DNA of 64,000 nucleotides, taken from contig CAVWBU010000026.1 of NCBI GenBank assembly GCA_963753345.1, positions 128,001 through 192,000 of the forward strand, given 5' to 3'. Positions 39,438-48,933 of this stretch are shown here, piece by piece. Each line of letters begins with the position of its first letter. Position 1 is the stretch's first letter. A program made the translations under genes and the position numbers. The notes below the pieces were generated by a model. That model did no database searches. It was not told the origin of the DNA and saw only the letters and a list, made by a program, of their open reading frames with translations. Source of the DNA: an uncultured Fibrobacterota bacterium (GTDB taxonomy: Bacteria; Fibrobacterota; Chitinivibrionia; Chitinivibrionales; FEN-1185).

Positions 39438-39487
39438 AGAATGCTGTCCTTTCAAATGATCAGCCCAATGTCGCGGAGAATATAGGC

Positions 39488-40618
39488 ATGAAGCACATTC
39501 TTACGTACGTTCTCGTTGTCCTTCCCCTGCTGTTGGCAACGGTGACCACGGAATGCGTCAAGAAAAACACCCCTGCCGTGGTGAACCCGCCCATCGACAC
39601 GTCGTACGCCGGGCCGGTCTACGGCGACACCGTTATACTCGATTACTCGTTGCAGACCGACTCGGGTGCGGCGCTCAAGGGGTATCCCAAGCTCCAGTCA
39701 CTGCACAGCGTGTACACGGGCACGTTTGATTTTGACAACCTTGTCCGATGCCCGCTGCTGACGCACCTGTATCTTGAAGCCGACACGTTTGTCAATCTGT
39801 CCGAAATTTCCCGGCTTGCCCGGCTCACGTACCTGTACCTGAGCGGGTTCTGCGCGGACACGGGCCTTCCGGGGTTTTCCGCGCTTGTCAATCTTGACAC
39901 GCTCACGCTGTACGGGTTTCACGGCACCACCGATCTTTCGGCCCTTGCCTCCCTGCCGAACCTCGCGATCCTGAGCCTCACCGCACTTCCGATCGTCTCC
40001 CTGCCCGCCTTTACCGCGGCGAACGGAGCCGGCCTGCAGCAGGTGGTTCTGCTCAACTGCACCCGTCTCAAGGATATCACGGGCCTCAAGCAATGCTCGT
40101 ATCTCGATTCCCTGTCGATGTGGAACTGTGCCGTGGCCGGTTCGCTTATTCCGCCCCTGCCGTCGGTCCAGTACCTTACCGTGGTTGCGTGTTCAAGCGT
40201 CACATCGATACAGTTCCTGGCCCAAATGACCAACCTCGAATATCTCACCATCAACGGCCCGATTTCCGATTGGAGCCCGCTGGCCAAACTGGTGAACCTG
40301 GAGTATCTTGACATCGGCGGAATCACGGACCTTACGCCGCTTGACTCGCTGACGAAACTCAAAACGCTGAATCTGGGCGACTGGCAGCTCGGCGGCTGCC
40401 CCGCGGTGAGCGACATCTCCACCATTGCGAACCTTTCCAATATTTCCTACCTGAGCATCAAGAACACCGCGGTGACCAATTTCACGCCGCTGCTCACCAT
40501 CATGAACGCGGGCGATACCGTGTGGGTGACCTGGGGAGACGTGGACACCGTGGCCAGCCTGCTTGCGGCCGACAGCATCGACGCCGTGACCAGCGCGTCG
40601 ATGCCGTGGACGCAGTAG
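39488..40618 (+). CDS. Leucine-rich repeat exported protein or lipoprotein (internalin-like repeats)
   Basis: Repeated LxxLxxLxxLxL and I.D.SPL units; hydrophobic N-terminus followed by Cys. Confidence 0.85.
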   Translation: MKHILTYVLVVLPLLLATVTTECVKKNTPAVVNPPIDTSYAGPVYGDTVILDYSLQTDSGAALKGYPKLQSLHSVYTGTFDFDNLVRCPLLTHLYLEADTFVNLSEISRLARLTYLYLSGFCADTGLPGFSALVNLDTLTLYGFHGTTDLSALASLPNLAILSLTALPIVSLPAFTAANGAGLQQVVLLNCTRLKDITGLKQCSYLDSLSMWNCAVAGSLIPPLPSVQYLTVVACSSVTSIQFLAQMTNLEYLTINGPISDWSPLAKLVNLEYLDIGGITDLTPLDSLTKLKTLNLGDWQLGGCPAVSDISTIANLSNISYLSIKNTAVTNFTPLLTIMNAGDTVWVTWGDVDTVASLLAADSIDAVTSASMPWTQ

Positions 40619-40623
40619 GGGGA

Positions 40624-40665
40624 CCTCACCCCTCCGTCTCCCCTCTCCGCTAGGAGAGGGGAGGG
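40624..40665 (+). repeat. CCTCACCCC...CCCTCTCC/GGAGAGGG hairpin repeat (family C)
   Basis: Related copies at 46685-46729 and 61361-61412 in the opposite orientation. Confidence 0.65.
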
Positions 40666-40715
40666 AAATCACTTGGCCCGCAATTCTTTTGCTGTGTGAT
40701 TATGGTAATCCGCCT

Positions 40716-40988
40716 ATGAAAACAAGAAATGAAGTCTGCGAACAGATCGGCTTCTGGAAGGGCGAGCAGTGCGAGTATTGCGGCGGCGACATACGGGAAC
40801 GCCGCGTTGAGTTGTACCGCCACAAGAAGAACGGTCGTTACTTGTTTGAGAATGTGCCTGCCGGTGTCTGCGCCCAATGCGGGGCGCATTATTACTCCGC
40901 GAATGTTCTCAAGATGCTTGATCGGTTAACGAGTGCGAGGAAACCGCAGGGAGCAACGGTGAAGATTCCGGTGCTTCATTTCGCGTAG
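40716..40988 (+). CDS. YgiT-type zinc finger protein (MqsA antitoxin N-terminal-like)
   Basis: CEYCGG...FENVPAGVCAQCGAHYY. Confidence 0.85.
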   Translation: MKTRNEVCEQIGFWKGEQCEYCGGDIRERRVELYRHKKNGRYLFENVPAGVCAQCGAHYYSANVLKMLDRLTSARKPQGATVKIPVLHFA

Positions 40989-41071
40989 ATCAAGGCGCTA
41001 TCCCGAGTCGGGGCGGTCCATATAATGGGTTTGTGTGATGATCCTGCCTGTCTCAAAAGCTGGACCGGCCG

Positions 41072-41271
41072 TCACTCTATGGCCTTTGCAAGGGACTTGT
41101 CGGTTTTTATCAACTCATTCACCACGGAACTAAGATCTTTTTTCTTCTTCTTTGCGGTTTTTTCCACAAAAGAAAGATTGCCCGAGTCCAGATAGATGGG
41201 GAGTTTCAGGGTGACGCCCCTGCGGTAGAATTTACCGCGAGTCCCTTTTGAAAATTATTTTCCTTTTTCAT
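41072..41271 (-). pseudogene. BrnA/CopG-like antitoxin with a -1 frameshift in a T run near 41253
   Basis: Adding one T gives MKKENNFSKGTRGKFYRRGVTLKLPIYLD...SVVNELIK, resembling the MKKEYDFSKGxRGKFY antitoxin family; absent from the ORF track. Confidence 0.6.
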
Positions 41272-41291
41272 GCTTCCAGAAAAGGTTCGTC

Positions 41292-43436
41292 TCATCTTCC
41301 ATCTGATTTTGAACATCTCGGCGCGCGCAGTGATAGGTATTGTCGCACAAATGTATCCAACCTTCTAGAGAGCAAATCCTCAGTATAATCAAATCGATCA
41401 GCTTTTCGTAACTTACTTATGCATCGCGAAAGCATTGGTGCGGTTAAAATGAATATCAAGACATGGTGTTGTTCTTACATTTCCTTGACCAAGACCTATC
41501 ATGTTGCTTAATCCTTCATTCTCCGATCTGTCAACAATTATTGCGAATTGGCCATATTCGCCGCCCGAGTAGCTAAGACACTGCCTGAAATCATCGGGCT
41601 TTAACTCGACATAATTCTTAACTTCAAAAACTACTTGTCGTGTCTTGTAGTCATCCAATATTCGACTCCAGAACCCAGTTTTTGCCATATTTGTTGCAAC
41701 AACATCTCTTCTTTGAACTGCATCCCGATTCGGATGCAATTCTGGATTATGAAGCTTTGTATTGAAAAGTAGTTTCACAGCCATTAGGACCCAATTCTCA
41801 AAGTCAGCGGCAGTCTCGTCGCCTGTTTGTGAAGGTAAGTCGGCAATAAGTCGGCCAATTTGTTTCATTCTAAGGTCAGGAATGTCAGTACTGCACCGGG
41901 AATCATATTCGTCGTCAATAGAGTCTACAGAAATGTTCATGCTTTCTGTTTGGACGATGTCTAACGCCCTCAAGTAGCACGGATGAATATATACGATTTG
42001 GTTAGGAAGAATATCGCTTGACGGATAAATCGCGAACCATCGTGGCAAAAAATGATATTTCCTGTTGAGCTGTCCTGAATGCCAACAAAACCGACGCTAA
42101 AAAGGGCGTACAAGGCCTGCTTGCCCTCTCCAAGGATTGCAAAGTCCCCCGACCCATCCTCATCGAATTTACTGGTCTGTATCAGTTCCGTGAGCTTGTC
42201 TATTGCTTCTTGCGCAACATAATGAGGCTGACCCTGAACAAAGACTTTGACTAGAAGCCTAAGTCCGCGGAACACACTATCGTATTCTTTTATCAAATCT
42301 GCCAACCGGTCTTCTGAGATTTGCTTTGATGTCGCATCAATGTCATCTTTAATGATTTCCGTCCTGTTTGAGCGTCCAGCCACCTGACTTGCAGAATTTA
42401 ACAATACAATTAGATCCCTTGGCCTGTACAGTGTGTGCGACAAGCATTCATTGAAACCATCTCTGTCCTTGAGCTCCCGTTGTGCAAATCTATTCCAAAC
42501 TTTTATATCACTTTCGATCTTTCCCAGTCCAAGCGAAACTCTCAATCGGTTCGCAACAAGATGGAGAAGTGAGTCTTTGTCCCATTTTAATCTGAGAATT
42601 GATCCTTCAATATTCCTGGAGAAATCCGGATCATAGTGAGCCAATGCCCTGAAAATATTGTCTCTGACAAAAAGGACAACATGAATTCCAGATGGCCTAT
42701 CGGCAAAATCTGCTGTAGCATGGGAGAGGCCTCCCAAGATGGCAGTAGACTGTTTGTTTGGAAGCCAACCCTCGTCGAGACCGTCAAGAAGAAACACTAC
42801 GCTGTGGCTAGTTTCATTGAGGGCTTCTTGAACCATGTGGTGGAGATTTTCGATGTCGCAATAACGAGCTAAGAGTCCCGGCAGCTCGTTAAGTACGCTT
42901 GCTTTTTCAGCTACGGCTTGAATAAGGGAAGTGCATCGTTCTACTGAGGTCTGTTGAAAGAATTCGATGTGGTATTCATAATATGATCGTAGCCGGGATA
43001 CATCTGCGATCTTGTCTACCTTCCAGTAATCTAGTATTCGTTTTAACACTAAAAGTAGCAAATGTGCTCGCCAAGCAACTCGAATTATCGAACGAATTGT
43101 TACATAATCCTCAGTCTTGATTTTTGCGAAAATACCCTGGAGCCCTAGTATTTGTTGCTCAATTATCCTTTCGTTAAAAAGGAAAATCGCCTTATTCGTA
43201 CTAAAATATTCCGCGGTCTTGATATACAGCGCCGATTTTCCAGTTCCTCTCCGACCAACAACAAAATTGTAGTCATTCGTCTTCGTTAAGCCATGATAGT
43301 CTGATGTTTCGACAAATGCATCTCTTAGCATCGCGCCGTCTTTTTCCGCGCGAGAGGCTCCTAAAATATTCCCATATGCTTGCGACACATTGATCCCATC
43401 GAAAGCTGTTTCAATTTGAAAACTCTGAAACACCAT
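41292..43436 (-). pseudogene. P-loop ATPase fused to a C-terminal PD-(D/E)xK (Mrr-like) nuclease domain, broken by several frameshifts and a stop
   Basis: Walker A VVGRRGTGKS, Walker B VFLLDGLDE. Frameshift near 42030, then RRDVVATN..VFEVKN. Further indels and a TAA near 41475-41505, then RFDYTEDLL..RLDTFVRQYL to the stop at 41292. Confidence 0.75.
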
Positions 43437-43565
43437 GAACTAGTTGTCAATATCGCGGAGACAAGCCATATCGCAGGATCTCGTGAACACTAACTTATCA
43501 ATTCAATTCTTGCCTCCCCAAGAGTCAAGTCTTTTTCCGCGCCCCCCCAATCCTCTTCCCCCCCC

Positions 43566-46397
43566 TCACCCCAGCCACTCCCTCAAATATTTCCCCGTCG
43601 CGCTTGCCGGATTCTTCGCAATCTGCTCCGGCGTGCCCGTGGCCAATACCCGTCCTCCGTTGTCTCCGCCTTCCGGTCCCAAATCGATGATCCAGTCCGC
43701 GCATTTGACAACGTCGAGGTTGTGTTCGATCACGATCACGGTGTTTCCCTTATCAACAAGCTCTGCGATCACGTTCATGAGCATCTTGATGTCCTCGAAG
43801 TGCAGGCCCGTGGTGGGCTCGTCGAGGATGTACATGGTGCGGCCCGTGCCGCGGCGGGCGAGTTCGGCCGCGAGCTTGATGCGCTGCGCCTCGCCGCCCG
43901 ACAGCGTGGTGGCCTGCTGGCCCAGGTGTATGTAGCCCAGGCCCACGCGCGACAGCACCGCGAGCTTGTTCTTGATGGACGGGATCCTGTCGAAGAACAT
44001 AAGCGCCTCGTCGACAGTCATGTCGAGCACGTCGGCGATTGATTTTCCTTTGAACGTGATCTCCAGCGTCTCGCGGTTGTACCGCTTGCCGCGGCAGGTT
44101 TCGCACTGGACGTAGACGTCGGGCAGAAAGTGCATCTCGATGCGGATCACGCCGTCGCCCTCGCAGGTTTCGCACCTGCCGCCTTTCACGTTGAAGCTGA
44201 ACCGGCCCGGGTTGTACCCGCGTATCCTGCTTTCCGGCAGCATGGTGAACAGCGTGCGCACATGGTCGAAGGTCTTGGTGTAGGTGGCAGGGTTGGAGCG
44301 CGGCGTGCGACCGATGGGCGACTGGTCGATTGAAATCACTTTGTCAAGCAGGGCGAGGTTCTTGATCTGCTTGAACGGGAGCGACTGGAGCTTTGCGTTG
44401 TTGAGCCTTCGCGCCAGCGCGGGATACACCGTCTGGTTGACAAGCGTGCTTTTGCCGGAGCCGGACACACCCGTGACGCACACGAGCATGTTGAGCGGGA
44501 ACGAAACATTTATGTCTTTGAGGTTGTTGCCGGTCGCTCCTATTATGTCAAGCGAGCGTCCGAGACCCTGCCGCCGCTGCGCAGGGAGCGGGATGCTTTT
44601 CTTGCCGCTCAGGTACTGGCCGGTGAGCGACGCGGGGTTTGCGATGATTTCCTTGGGCGTGCCCTCTGCCACGAGGTATCCGCCGTGCACGCCCGCTCCC
44701 GGGCCGATGTCGAGGATGCGGTCTGCCGCAAGCATGGTCTCACGGTCGTGCTCGATAACCACCACGGTGTTGCCCAGGTCTCGCAGGGACACGAGCGTGT
44801 CGAGCAGCTTGCCGTTGTCGCGCGGGTGGAGCCCGATGCTCGGCTCGTCGAGAATGTAAATAACGCCTGTGAGCCGCGAGCCGATCTGCGTGGCAAGCCG
44901 AATGCGCTGCGCCTCGCCGCCCGACAGCGTGGCCGAGGCGCGCTCGAGCGACAGGTACGAAAGCCCCACGTTCACCAGAAAGGAAAGCCGCTCGCTTATC
45001 TCTTTGAGGATCTGCTTCGCGATCTGCTCCTGCCGCTTGGCAAGCGACAACTCCACGAAGAACCGCTTGAGGCCGTCAATGGACATATGCGAAAGGTCTG
45101 CGATGTTGCGGCCGTCAATAAGGATGGCAAGGCTCTGCGGCTTGAGCCGCTTGCCCTTGCACGCCGGGCAGGCGCGCTGGGTCATGTAGGCCTCGATCCA
45201 CCGTCGGATCTCCTCGGATGTGGAATCGCGGTACCGCCGCAGGAGGTTGGGGATCACGCCTTCGAAATGGCGCTTGAACTGGCCGTGGCCCTCGCCGGTG
45301 CGGTTCTGCCATTTCATGAGGACCCGCTCGCCGCCCGACCCGTTAAGTAAAATGTCCCTCTGTTTGTCGGAAAGGGATTTGTATGGTTTGTCAAGAGGGA
45401 TCGAGAAGTGCCTGCACACCGAGAGCATCATCTGCTGGTTCCAGCTCCCCATGGTGGTCGCCCCGTTCCACGGCACGATGGCGCCGCTAAGGAGCGTGAG
45501 CGACGGGTCGGGCACCACAAGGTCGGGGTCGATCTCCAGAAGATAGCCGAGCCCGCTGCAGGTCTCGCACGCACCGAAGGGGTTGTTGAACGAGAACATG
45601 CGCGGCGACAGCTCGTCGTAGGAGATGCCGCAGTGCGGGCAGGCAAGCAATTGCGAGAAGACCATGGGATCCCTGCCCGCCAGGTCCACGGCCACGGTGC
45701 CGTTCGACGAAAGCTTGAGCGCGGTCTCGAGCGAGTCCACGAGCCTGCCCTTGATGGACGGGCCGTTTACCAGCCGGTCGACAACGACCTCGACGCTGTG
45801 TTTCTTGTTTTTGTCAAGAGGTATCGTTTCGTCAAGGGTGTAGATGCTGTTGTCCACCCGCACGCGCACGAACCCGTCCTTCTGCAGTTTTTCGAACAGG
45901 TCCTTGTATTCGCCCTTGCGGCCTGAGACGATCGGGGACAGGATCTGAAATTTCGCGCCTGCGGGCAGCGCCAGCACTTTATCGGTGATCTCCTGCACGC
46001 TCTGCCGCGATATGGGCCTTCCGCACTTGTAGCAGGTGGGGTCGCCGATCCTCGCAAAAAGCAAGCGCAGGTAGTCGTGGATTTCGGTGATGGTGCCCAC
46101 GGTGGAGCGCGGATTGTGGCCCGTGGTCTTCTGCTCTATGGAAATCGCGGGCGACAGGCCCTCAATGGAATCCACGTCCGGCTTTTCCATGAGGCCTAAG
46201 AATTGCCGCGCGTACGCGGACAGCGATTCCACGTAGCGCCGCTGGCCTTCGGAATACAGCGTGTCGAACGCCAGCGAACTTTTACCCGAGCCGGACAACC
46301 CGGTGATCACGGTGAGGCTGTTGCGCGGGATGGTGACGTCGATGTTCTTGAGATTATGTTCTCGTGCGCCTTTGATTATTATGTCTCGTGATTGCAT
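43566..46397 (-). CDS. uvrA: Excinuclease ABC subunit A
   Basis: GAREHNLKN, GLSGSGKSS, two LSGGEAQR motifs, zinc fingers. Confidence 0.98.
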   Translation of the reverse strand: MQSRDIIIKGAREHNLKNIDVTIPRNSLTVITGLSGSGKSSLAFDTLYSEGQRRYVESLSAYARQFLGLMEKPDVDSIEGLSPAISIEQKTTGHNPRSTVGTITEIHDYLRLLFARIGDPTCYKCGRPISRQSVQEITDKVLALPAGAKFQILSPIVSGRKGEYKDLFEKLQKDGFVRVRVDNSIYTLDETIPLDKNKKHSVEVVVDRLVNGPSIKGRLVDSLETALKLSSNGTVAVDLAGRDPMVFSQLLACPHCGISYDELSPRMFSFNNPFGACETCSGLGYLLEIDPDLVVPDPSLTLLSGAIVPWNGATTMGSWNQQMMLSVCRHFSIPLDKPYKSLSDKQRDILLNGSGGERVLMKWQNRTGEGHGQFKRHFEGVIPNLLRRYRDSTSEEIRRWIEAYMTQRACPACKGKRLKPQSLAILIDGRNIADLSHMSIDGLKRFFVELSLAKRQEQIAKQILKEISERLSFLVNVGLSYLSLERASATLSGGEAQRIRLATQIGSRLTGVIYILDEPSIGLHPRDNGKLLDTLVSLRDLGNTVVVIEHDRETMLAADRILDIGPGAGVHGGYLVAEGTPKEIIANPASLTGQYLSGKKSIPLPAQRRQGLGRSLDIIGATGNNLKDINVSFPLNMLVCVTGVSGSGKSTLVNQTVYPALARRLNNAKLQSLPFKQIKNLALLDKVISIDQSPIGRTPRSNPATYTKTFDHVRTLFTMLPESRIRGYNPGRFSFNVKGGRCETCEGDGVIRIEMHFLPDVYVQCETCRGKRYNRETLEITFKGKSIADVLDMTVDEALMFFDRIPSIKNKLAVLSRVGLGYIHLGQQATTLSGGEAQRIKLAAELARRGTGRTMYILDEPTTGLHFEDIKMLMNVIAELVDKGNTVIVIEHNLDVVKCADWIIDLGPEGGDNGGRVLATGTPEQIAKNPASATGKYLREWLG

Positions 46398-46454
46398 AAA
46401 AGGTTCTGATAAATTACTACAAATTTGGAGTAACTAAGATAAAGATAAAAGATA

Positions 46455-46637
46455 TGGGCGCCCCGCCGCTTCGCGTCGTCGGCGCTCCTTCCAGGCTCGG
46501 CCTATCGGCCTCATTGCCGCCTGCCACGAGGGCCCTGCGGGCCGTGGTCAGGCGGCAATGCGCTCCAGCGCCCCTTTCAGTCCGGCCTGGCGCGCGGCAG
46601 AAGAAGTCTATTAAGTCAATTTGTTTTCTTGCGCCAA
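46455..46637 (+). repeat. Family A copy upstream of uvrA
   Basis: TGGGCG...GCCTGCCACGAGGGCCCTGCGGGCCGTGGTCAGGC...GCGCGGCA...GTCAA...TCTTGCGCCAA. Confidence 0.82.
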
Positions 46638-46684
46638 CCCGGTCTTCGTCATGAATGAACCTGGAAGATTGGTTTATTCGCGGG

Positions 46685-46729
46685 CCGTTGCCCCCTCTCC
46701 CTGTGGGAGAGGGGGCAACGGGGGTGAGG
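46685..46729 (-). repeat. Family C hairpin (perfect 17-bp stem) just after the response regulator stop; may act as a terminator
   Basis: CCGTTGCCCCCTCTCCC-TGT-GGGAGAGGGGGCAACGG followed by GGGTGAGG. Confidence 0.65.
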
Positions 46730-47170
46730 TTACGCCGGGGGAGCGGAAGGATTTTCGGGGGCCGGTAAAATATCCCTATGATACTCCTCATACATCTGCT
46801 GCACCGTCTCGGCGAGCTTGGCGCGGTTGAACGGTTTGAACAGGCAGGGGCACCGTATGGTCTTGTTGATCTTGACAAGCGTGTGTTTAGGGTTGTAGCC
46901 GAACCCGGTCATGAGGACCACCTGCGACTGGACGTTGGTCTCCATGAGCCTGCTGATGAATTCGTATCCGTCCATTTCCGGCATGGCGATGTCGGTGAGC
47001 ACGAGGAAGAACGCGGTGGTCTCGAGCTGCGTCAGCGCCTCGGCGGACGAGGCCGCCAGCGTCACCTGCCAGTCAAGGCTCTCGAGGTAGATTTTGAGAA
47101 AATCCAGAACGTCGACTTCGTCGTCGACGATGAGGATGCGCCGGTTAGGTGTCTTTGGTAAAAAGCTCAT
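46730..47170 (-). CDS. Stand-alone response regulator receiver protein
   Basis: ILIVDDE, LTDIAMPEMDG, MTG, KPF. Confidence 0.9.
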   Translation of the reverse strand: MSFLPKTPNRRILIVDDEVDVLDFLKIYLESLDWQVTLAASSAEALTQLETTAFFLVLTDIAMPEMDGYEFISRLMETNVQSQVVLMTGFGYNPKHTLVKINKTIRCPCLFKPFNRAKLAETVQQMYEEYHRDILPAPENPSAPPA

Positions 47171-47522
47171 GAGTCCTGTCGATAAGTTCCTGTTTGCCGA
47201 AAGGCTTGGTGATGTAGGCGTCCGCCTTCATCACGTGCAGCCCGACCATCTCGTCGAACGCCTGCGTCTTTGCCGTGAGGATAGCTATGGGAAGCTTTGC
47301 GAATTCCGGATCGCTGCGGATCTGCTTGAACACGTCCCAACCGTTCATCAGCGGCATGGAAAGATCGAGAAGCACCGCGTCGGGCTTGTATGCCTTCACC
47401 CGGTCGTAGGCCGAGGGCGCGTCGAGCACGGTCTCAACCTCGAAGTCCTCGGTTTCCAGCACGAGTTTCACCAGTTCCGCAATGTCCATTTCGTCTTCGA
47501 CAACAATGATCTTCTTTTTCAT
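47145..47522 (-). CDS. Stand-alone response regulator receiver protein
   Basis: IIVVEDE, LLDLSMPLMNG, LTAK, YITKPF. Confidence 0.92.
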   Translation of the reverse strand: MKKKIIVVEDEMDIAELVKLVLETEDFEVETVLDAPSAYDRVKAYKPDAVLLDLSMPLMNGWDVFKQIRSDPEFAKLPIAILTAKTQAFDEMVGLHVMKADAYITKPFGKQELIDRTHELFTKDT

Positions 47523-47534
47523 GAGGACTCGCCT

Positions 47535-47834
47535 TCACCTTTTAAGGTATTCGGAAAATGCCCAGTTCCAGTATTTGAGGCACACGAGAAACGCCGTGCC
47601 TGCGGACGCAAACCGCACGAGCATGGGAACACCCTGCGGGACATGGATGTTGAAGTCGTTGGAAATCGCGTCAACGATGGCCGCGACCGCGAGGAGCACC
47701 GCGGTGACGTAGAGAATGCGGTAGTACGACCTGATCTTGAGCGCCTCGCCGAGCCTTCGTGACAGGTAAGCGATGATGATCATGGCGAGGATCGCCGATA
47801 CGTCGAACAGAATAAGGCTGTGGGGAGCGTTCAT
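47535..47834 (-). CDS. Small membrane protein (about 3 TMs)
   Basis: MNAPHSL...LSRRLGEALK..YY..LY...YWNW; GAGG RBS; tightly packed in the operon. Confidence 0.75.
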   Translation of the reverse strand: MNAPHSLILFDVSAILAMIIIAYLSRRLGEALKIRSYYRILYVTAVLLAVAAIVDAISNDFNIHVPQGVPMLVRFASAGTAFLVCLKYWNWAFSEYLKR

Positions 47835-47836
47835 GG

Positions 47837-48151
47837 CTATTTCCTCGGTTTTCTCATTTTGTAATACAGGCCGACCGCACTGGCCGCCGACGCCCCGGCG
47901 CTCAGGATGAGCAGCGAGGACTGCGCGAAGCCGAGCATCGGGCCGTTGCCCGCGTTGACAAAGACGGTTGCCGCGCACAGGACCGAAAGGATCATCGAAA
48001 GCGCGAAGCCCGCCCTCGGGGTCGCCTCGCCGAACTTCTTGTGGTAGAAGGACGAAATGAGGTACATGGTGGCGTTGAGGCACACCACGGCAAGAATGTA
48101 CCCGGCCAAAATGACCCTGTCGGCGTCCAGCAGGATGGTGACGTTCATCAC
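47837..48151 (-). CDS. Small membrane protein (about 3 TMs)
   Basis: Hydrophobic 104-aa ORF overlapping the KaiC-like gene stop; FYHKKFGE motif. Confidence 0.7.
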   Translation of the reverse strand: MMNVTILLDADRVILAGYILAVVCLNATMYLISSFYHKKFGEATPRAGFALSMILSVLCAATVFVNAGNGPMLGFAQSSLLILSAGASAASAVGLYYKMRKPRK

Positions 48152-48918
48152 TTTTTTCCGAAAACGTTGACAAAAGCGTCTTGCGGCGTGTGGTGCGAAA
48201 TGCCGCTCATGATGCCCTCGCGGCCGGAGAATTTCGCCTCGACTTCGATGCCCTTGGGGCCTATCCGGAAGGAGCGGATGTCCTTCTGGTGGTCGCTGCC
48301 CCGCATCTTGAGGATCAGAAAGGCCTTCTGGACCGTGCTGTCGATCTCCACGTAGCGCAGGAGGAAATAGGAATCGACGATGAAGGGGATCTTGCTCGTC
48401 ACCCTGCTCATCTGCCCCATGAGGCTGTCGTTTTCCCGCAAGAGGATGCTGGTGACGTTCTCGCGCTTGAGGGCGTTGATGAACTTGCGCTCGATCTCGC
48501 GGAGGTGGAATTCGTCAAGCGACAGCGACTCGAAATGCGTCACGCTGTCCACCACCACGCGCTTGATCTTCATTTTCTCGATGATCGAAATGAGCGTGCC
48601 GTTGACGTCTTCCAGTTCCTTGAGCGTGGTTTCCGGATCGGAAAACGCTATCTTGAGCTGGCCCTTTGCCTCGAGTTTTTTGAAATCCCAGCCGAACTGC
48701 ATGGCGTCGTGGTAATACTGCTGGGGAAACTCCTCGAAGGTGATGATGAGGCCGGGCTCCTCGAACTGGGTGATGCCGTTGTAGATGAACTGCATTCCCA
48801 TGGTGGTCTTGCCCGTGCCGGGCGCGCCCTCAATGAGGTTAGCGGTGCCGGGCAGAAGCCCGCCCTGGATCATGTCGTCGAGGCCCTTTATGCCGAACGC
48901 CGCTCGTTTTTCCTTCAT
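48148..48918 (-). CDS. Single-domain KaiC-like / RAD55-family ATPase
   Basis: GIKGLDDMIQGG, EGAPGTGKT, ITFEE, RVVVDS, LKMRGSDH. Confidence 0.9.
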   Translation of the reverse strand: MKEKRAAFGIKGLDDMIQGGLLPGTANLIEGAPGTGKTTMGMQFIYNGITQFEEPGLIITFEEFPQQYYHDAMQFGWDFKKLEAKGQLKIAFSDPETTLKELEDVNGTLISIIEKMKIKRVVVDSVTHFESLSLDEFHLREIERKFINALKRENVTSILLRENDSLMGQMSRVTSKIPFIVDSYFLLRYVEIDSTVQKAFLILKMRGSDHQKDIRSFRIGPKGIEVEAKFSGREGIMSGISHHTPQDAFVNVFGKK

Positions 48919-48933
48919 GGGTGGCTCCTTGGG

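Noticed and set aside
43538-43575. C-rich tract at the uvrA stop as a G-quadruplex
   Set aside because: Irregular, and may simply be a degenerate family C repeat; no functional evidence
48148-48918. Circadian clock kaiC
   Set aside because: Single domain, no Ser/Thr phosphosite motif, and no kaiA or kaiB nearby
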